Positions 61,471-64,000 of a DNA stretch of 64,000 nt are shown here, piece after piece; the stretch's first letter is position 1; every line of letters begins with the position of its first letter. The translations under genes were made by a program, and so were the position numbers. The DNA is from Octopus vulgaris. Its lineage: Eukaryota. The stretch spans positions 75,330,001 through 75,394,000 of the forward strand of contig OX597823.1 in NCBI GenBank assembly GCA_951406725.2, in the 5' to 3' direction. The notes below the pieces were generated by a model that worked only from the letters and a program-made list of their open reading frames with translations, had not been told where the DNA came from and searched no databases.

Positions 61471-62388
61471 TACCAAGTGTTCCGATAATGTAATGCACCA
61501 ACATTTTTGAAACAATAAAACTTGTGGTGTAGACAAATTAAGCTGCTGATTATCCGTTTATTACAAGAGGCCTTGATCAATGAACTTTAGGAAATACCCG
61601 CATCAATTCAAAATAGAATTATCCATTTTAATCTGTTTAGGCGTGAAACAGATTGAAATGGTTCCTAGAAAAAGCTATCAGACATATCAAAAAGCCTTTT
61701 AGGAAGTGTTATATTTGTAAGAGTTTTTCCCCACTGTATTGTGGCTTCTTTTTATTCATATTTCCATTAGAGTCCAATCTCTTTTGCATACATTTCTTGT
61801 GGCAGAAGTTATGTTTATATTAATTATATATCTTTATCGAAATGTATAATTCCGTTTATTTAGCTTTAATGCATTTATAAACTCTGTATCATATTCGCCA
61901 ATGACCAACATCATCATCATCATTCAATGGTTTCAATCACAAATATATAATAGGATATTAATATTTCTGAGAGCATTGGCTAAAAGTAATAAAGAAAACA
62001 TATGAACGATGGGAATGATATAAATATAAAAAAGAGGATTATGAATATTTTTTTAAAAATTTATACTGAAGACATTCAAAATTTTACGTTACACTGCTGT
62101 GAGATTCAGCTCGTACATTTCTCAACATTTTAAAATTAGTACGTGTGCTTAATTGTCAATCGCCTTAACTTTGGAAAATATATATGTTGATGATATTCAA
62201 CTTCAATATATATATATATATAATATATAAGAGAGCTTATATATTAGAGAGAGCTTATATATAAGAGAGCTTATATAAAAAACACACATTCATATTTATA
62301 GACATATAGTAATATATCTCTATATTTCTGCCAGTCTCTGTCTGTCTGTCTCCCTATATATATATATATATATATATGTATACATATA

Positions 62389-62727
62389 TTGGTAAAAATG
62401 GTAAGAATACAAAAGAATGAAAGAGACCTCGATATTATGTAAATAGAGGAATTTATCTGTAAATGTAATACGTGACAATTATTTGGATGCCGGGGTGGAA
62501 ACCCACACCGCCATCTCCTCAGTTATCCGGCCATCGTAAAAATGCTATGAAAATAACTGAATAACGGATAACTGAATAAATTGCGGCGTGGACTTCCACC
62601 TCGGCATCAGAAATTCGGAGTTGTATCATGGTTACCGAATAATTGTCACATATTGCATTTACAGATATATATGGTGCCCCAGCATGGCTGCGGCCTTCGG
62701 GCTAAAACATTTTTAAAGGATTTTAAG

Positions 62728-62770
<43 letters not shown>

Positions 62771-62983
62771 TTAAAATCCTTTTAAAATGTTTCAGCCCGA
62801 AGGCCGCAGCCATGCTGGGCACCATATATATCTGTAAATGCAATATGTGACAATTATTCGGTAACCATGATAAAACTCCGAATTTCGGATGCCGAGGTGG
62901 AAATCCACGCCGCCATTTATTCAGTTATCCGTTATTCAGTTATTTTCATAGCATTTTTACGATGGCCGGATAACTGAAGAGAT
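62389..62983 (-). mobile_element. Nested inverted-repeat element with degenerate hammerheads (family 5) and captured SINE tail
   Basis: Inner IR 62455-62529 / 62565-62666; outer IR 62513-62730 / 62767-62983 around (TA)n; cores CTGAGGA (62516-62522, -), CTGAATA (62572) and CTGAAGA (62974); GAAATTCGG...CCGAATA stem III; tail 62389-62454. Confidence 0.75.
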
Positions 62984-63056
62984 ATATATACGTATGTATG
63001 TATGTATGTATGTATGTATGTATGTATGTATGTATGTATGTATGTATGTATGTATA

Positions 63057-63122
<66 letters not shown>

Positions 63123-63934
63123 AATACAGTGGGAGAGAGAGAGAAAATATAGACATAGTAATATAACTATTTATTACTCTCTGTCTATGTATGTGTATAA
63201 ATGTGCATATGTATTAACTAAAACAAATGCAATCAAGAAGCTGCTGTATTCGTCTCTTGACATCCGTACGTAAAGCTATCTCAGAATGCATTGCTTCTGT
63301 TGTGTATAATAGTGTGTTCTTCAAGATGGCAGCAGTGGGCATTCACCATAACAGTAAATGTGTCATTCACTGCCTCCTATGGAGCCAGGGTGACAAATGT
63401 CGTCCAAGTATGTAACTACATGACGTTGTTGAAATTCAGCTACTTCGAGATATAATTAGCATGATCGCAAACAATTATTGCCATGTTTCTAGACTTCTTC
63501 CAATATATATAATGGTTCATAAAAACAATACCCTCATAAGGGATATTATTTCTGTACGAATGCCGCAGGAAATTGCTCTTCAACGATGTACTGTCTTGAG
63601 TATGATGCATGCACCTCTCTCCCTCTTCCAGACAGTCGCTTCCCTACACTGCATCTTCTATTATATGTGTGTGTTCGCGTTTGTGCACGTGTATTTCACG
63701 TACACACACGTACACACTGATACAGACATACATAAAGGCGTATGTACGTATGTCTACATTATTGTGTGTATGTTTATGTCTGGTGATTTGTATTAGAATA
63801 GCCGATAACTTATTCATTTAGATTCATCAGTCTTAAAAATAATAAGCTTTTTAATGTTGCATCACTCATTGTTAGGTTCCATTGATATATTTAGTTATAT
63901 ATATATACACATATGAATATGTATATATGTGTAT

Positions 63935-63970
<36 letters not shown>

Positions 63971-64000
63971 TTATACTGTATATATGTGTATATATACACA

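Noticed and set aside
63320-63400. Mariner-like N-terminal fragment (CVIHCLLWSQG)
   Set aside because: Too short, with no TIR or downstream motifs

Overview
Eukaryotic, very AT-rich, repeat-saturated intergenic or intronic DNA. The SINE families and microsatellite load suggest an octopus/coleoid cephalopod genome (inference). No intact host gene is evident; there is one weak candidate exon at 42649-42822 (-). The long ORFs in the track are translations of (TA)n/(CA)n microsatellites. Recognisable content: three decayed mariner elements, a piggyBac remnant abutting a Tx1/L1-like LINE remnant, a young 5'-truncated CR1-group LINE in a 4.1-kb (TA)n tract, a HERO-like LINE 3' end, a Helitron-like relic and many tRNA-derived SINEs. 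Main result: five sequence-unrelated non-coding elements next to (TA)n tracts each carry a type I hammerhead ribozyme motif (stem I-CUGANGA-stem II-GAAA-stem III-NUH-stem I). The core is intact at 5612, 26941/29341 and 51351, and decayed at 23352 and about 62500-62980. Three of the five form head-to-head inverted repeats with a 3' tail on one arm only, the architecture of Penelope-like elements/retrozymes. Several local templated insertions and inverted duplications are also visible. All alignments and folds were done by eye, so element boundaries are approximate.
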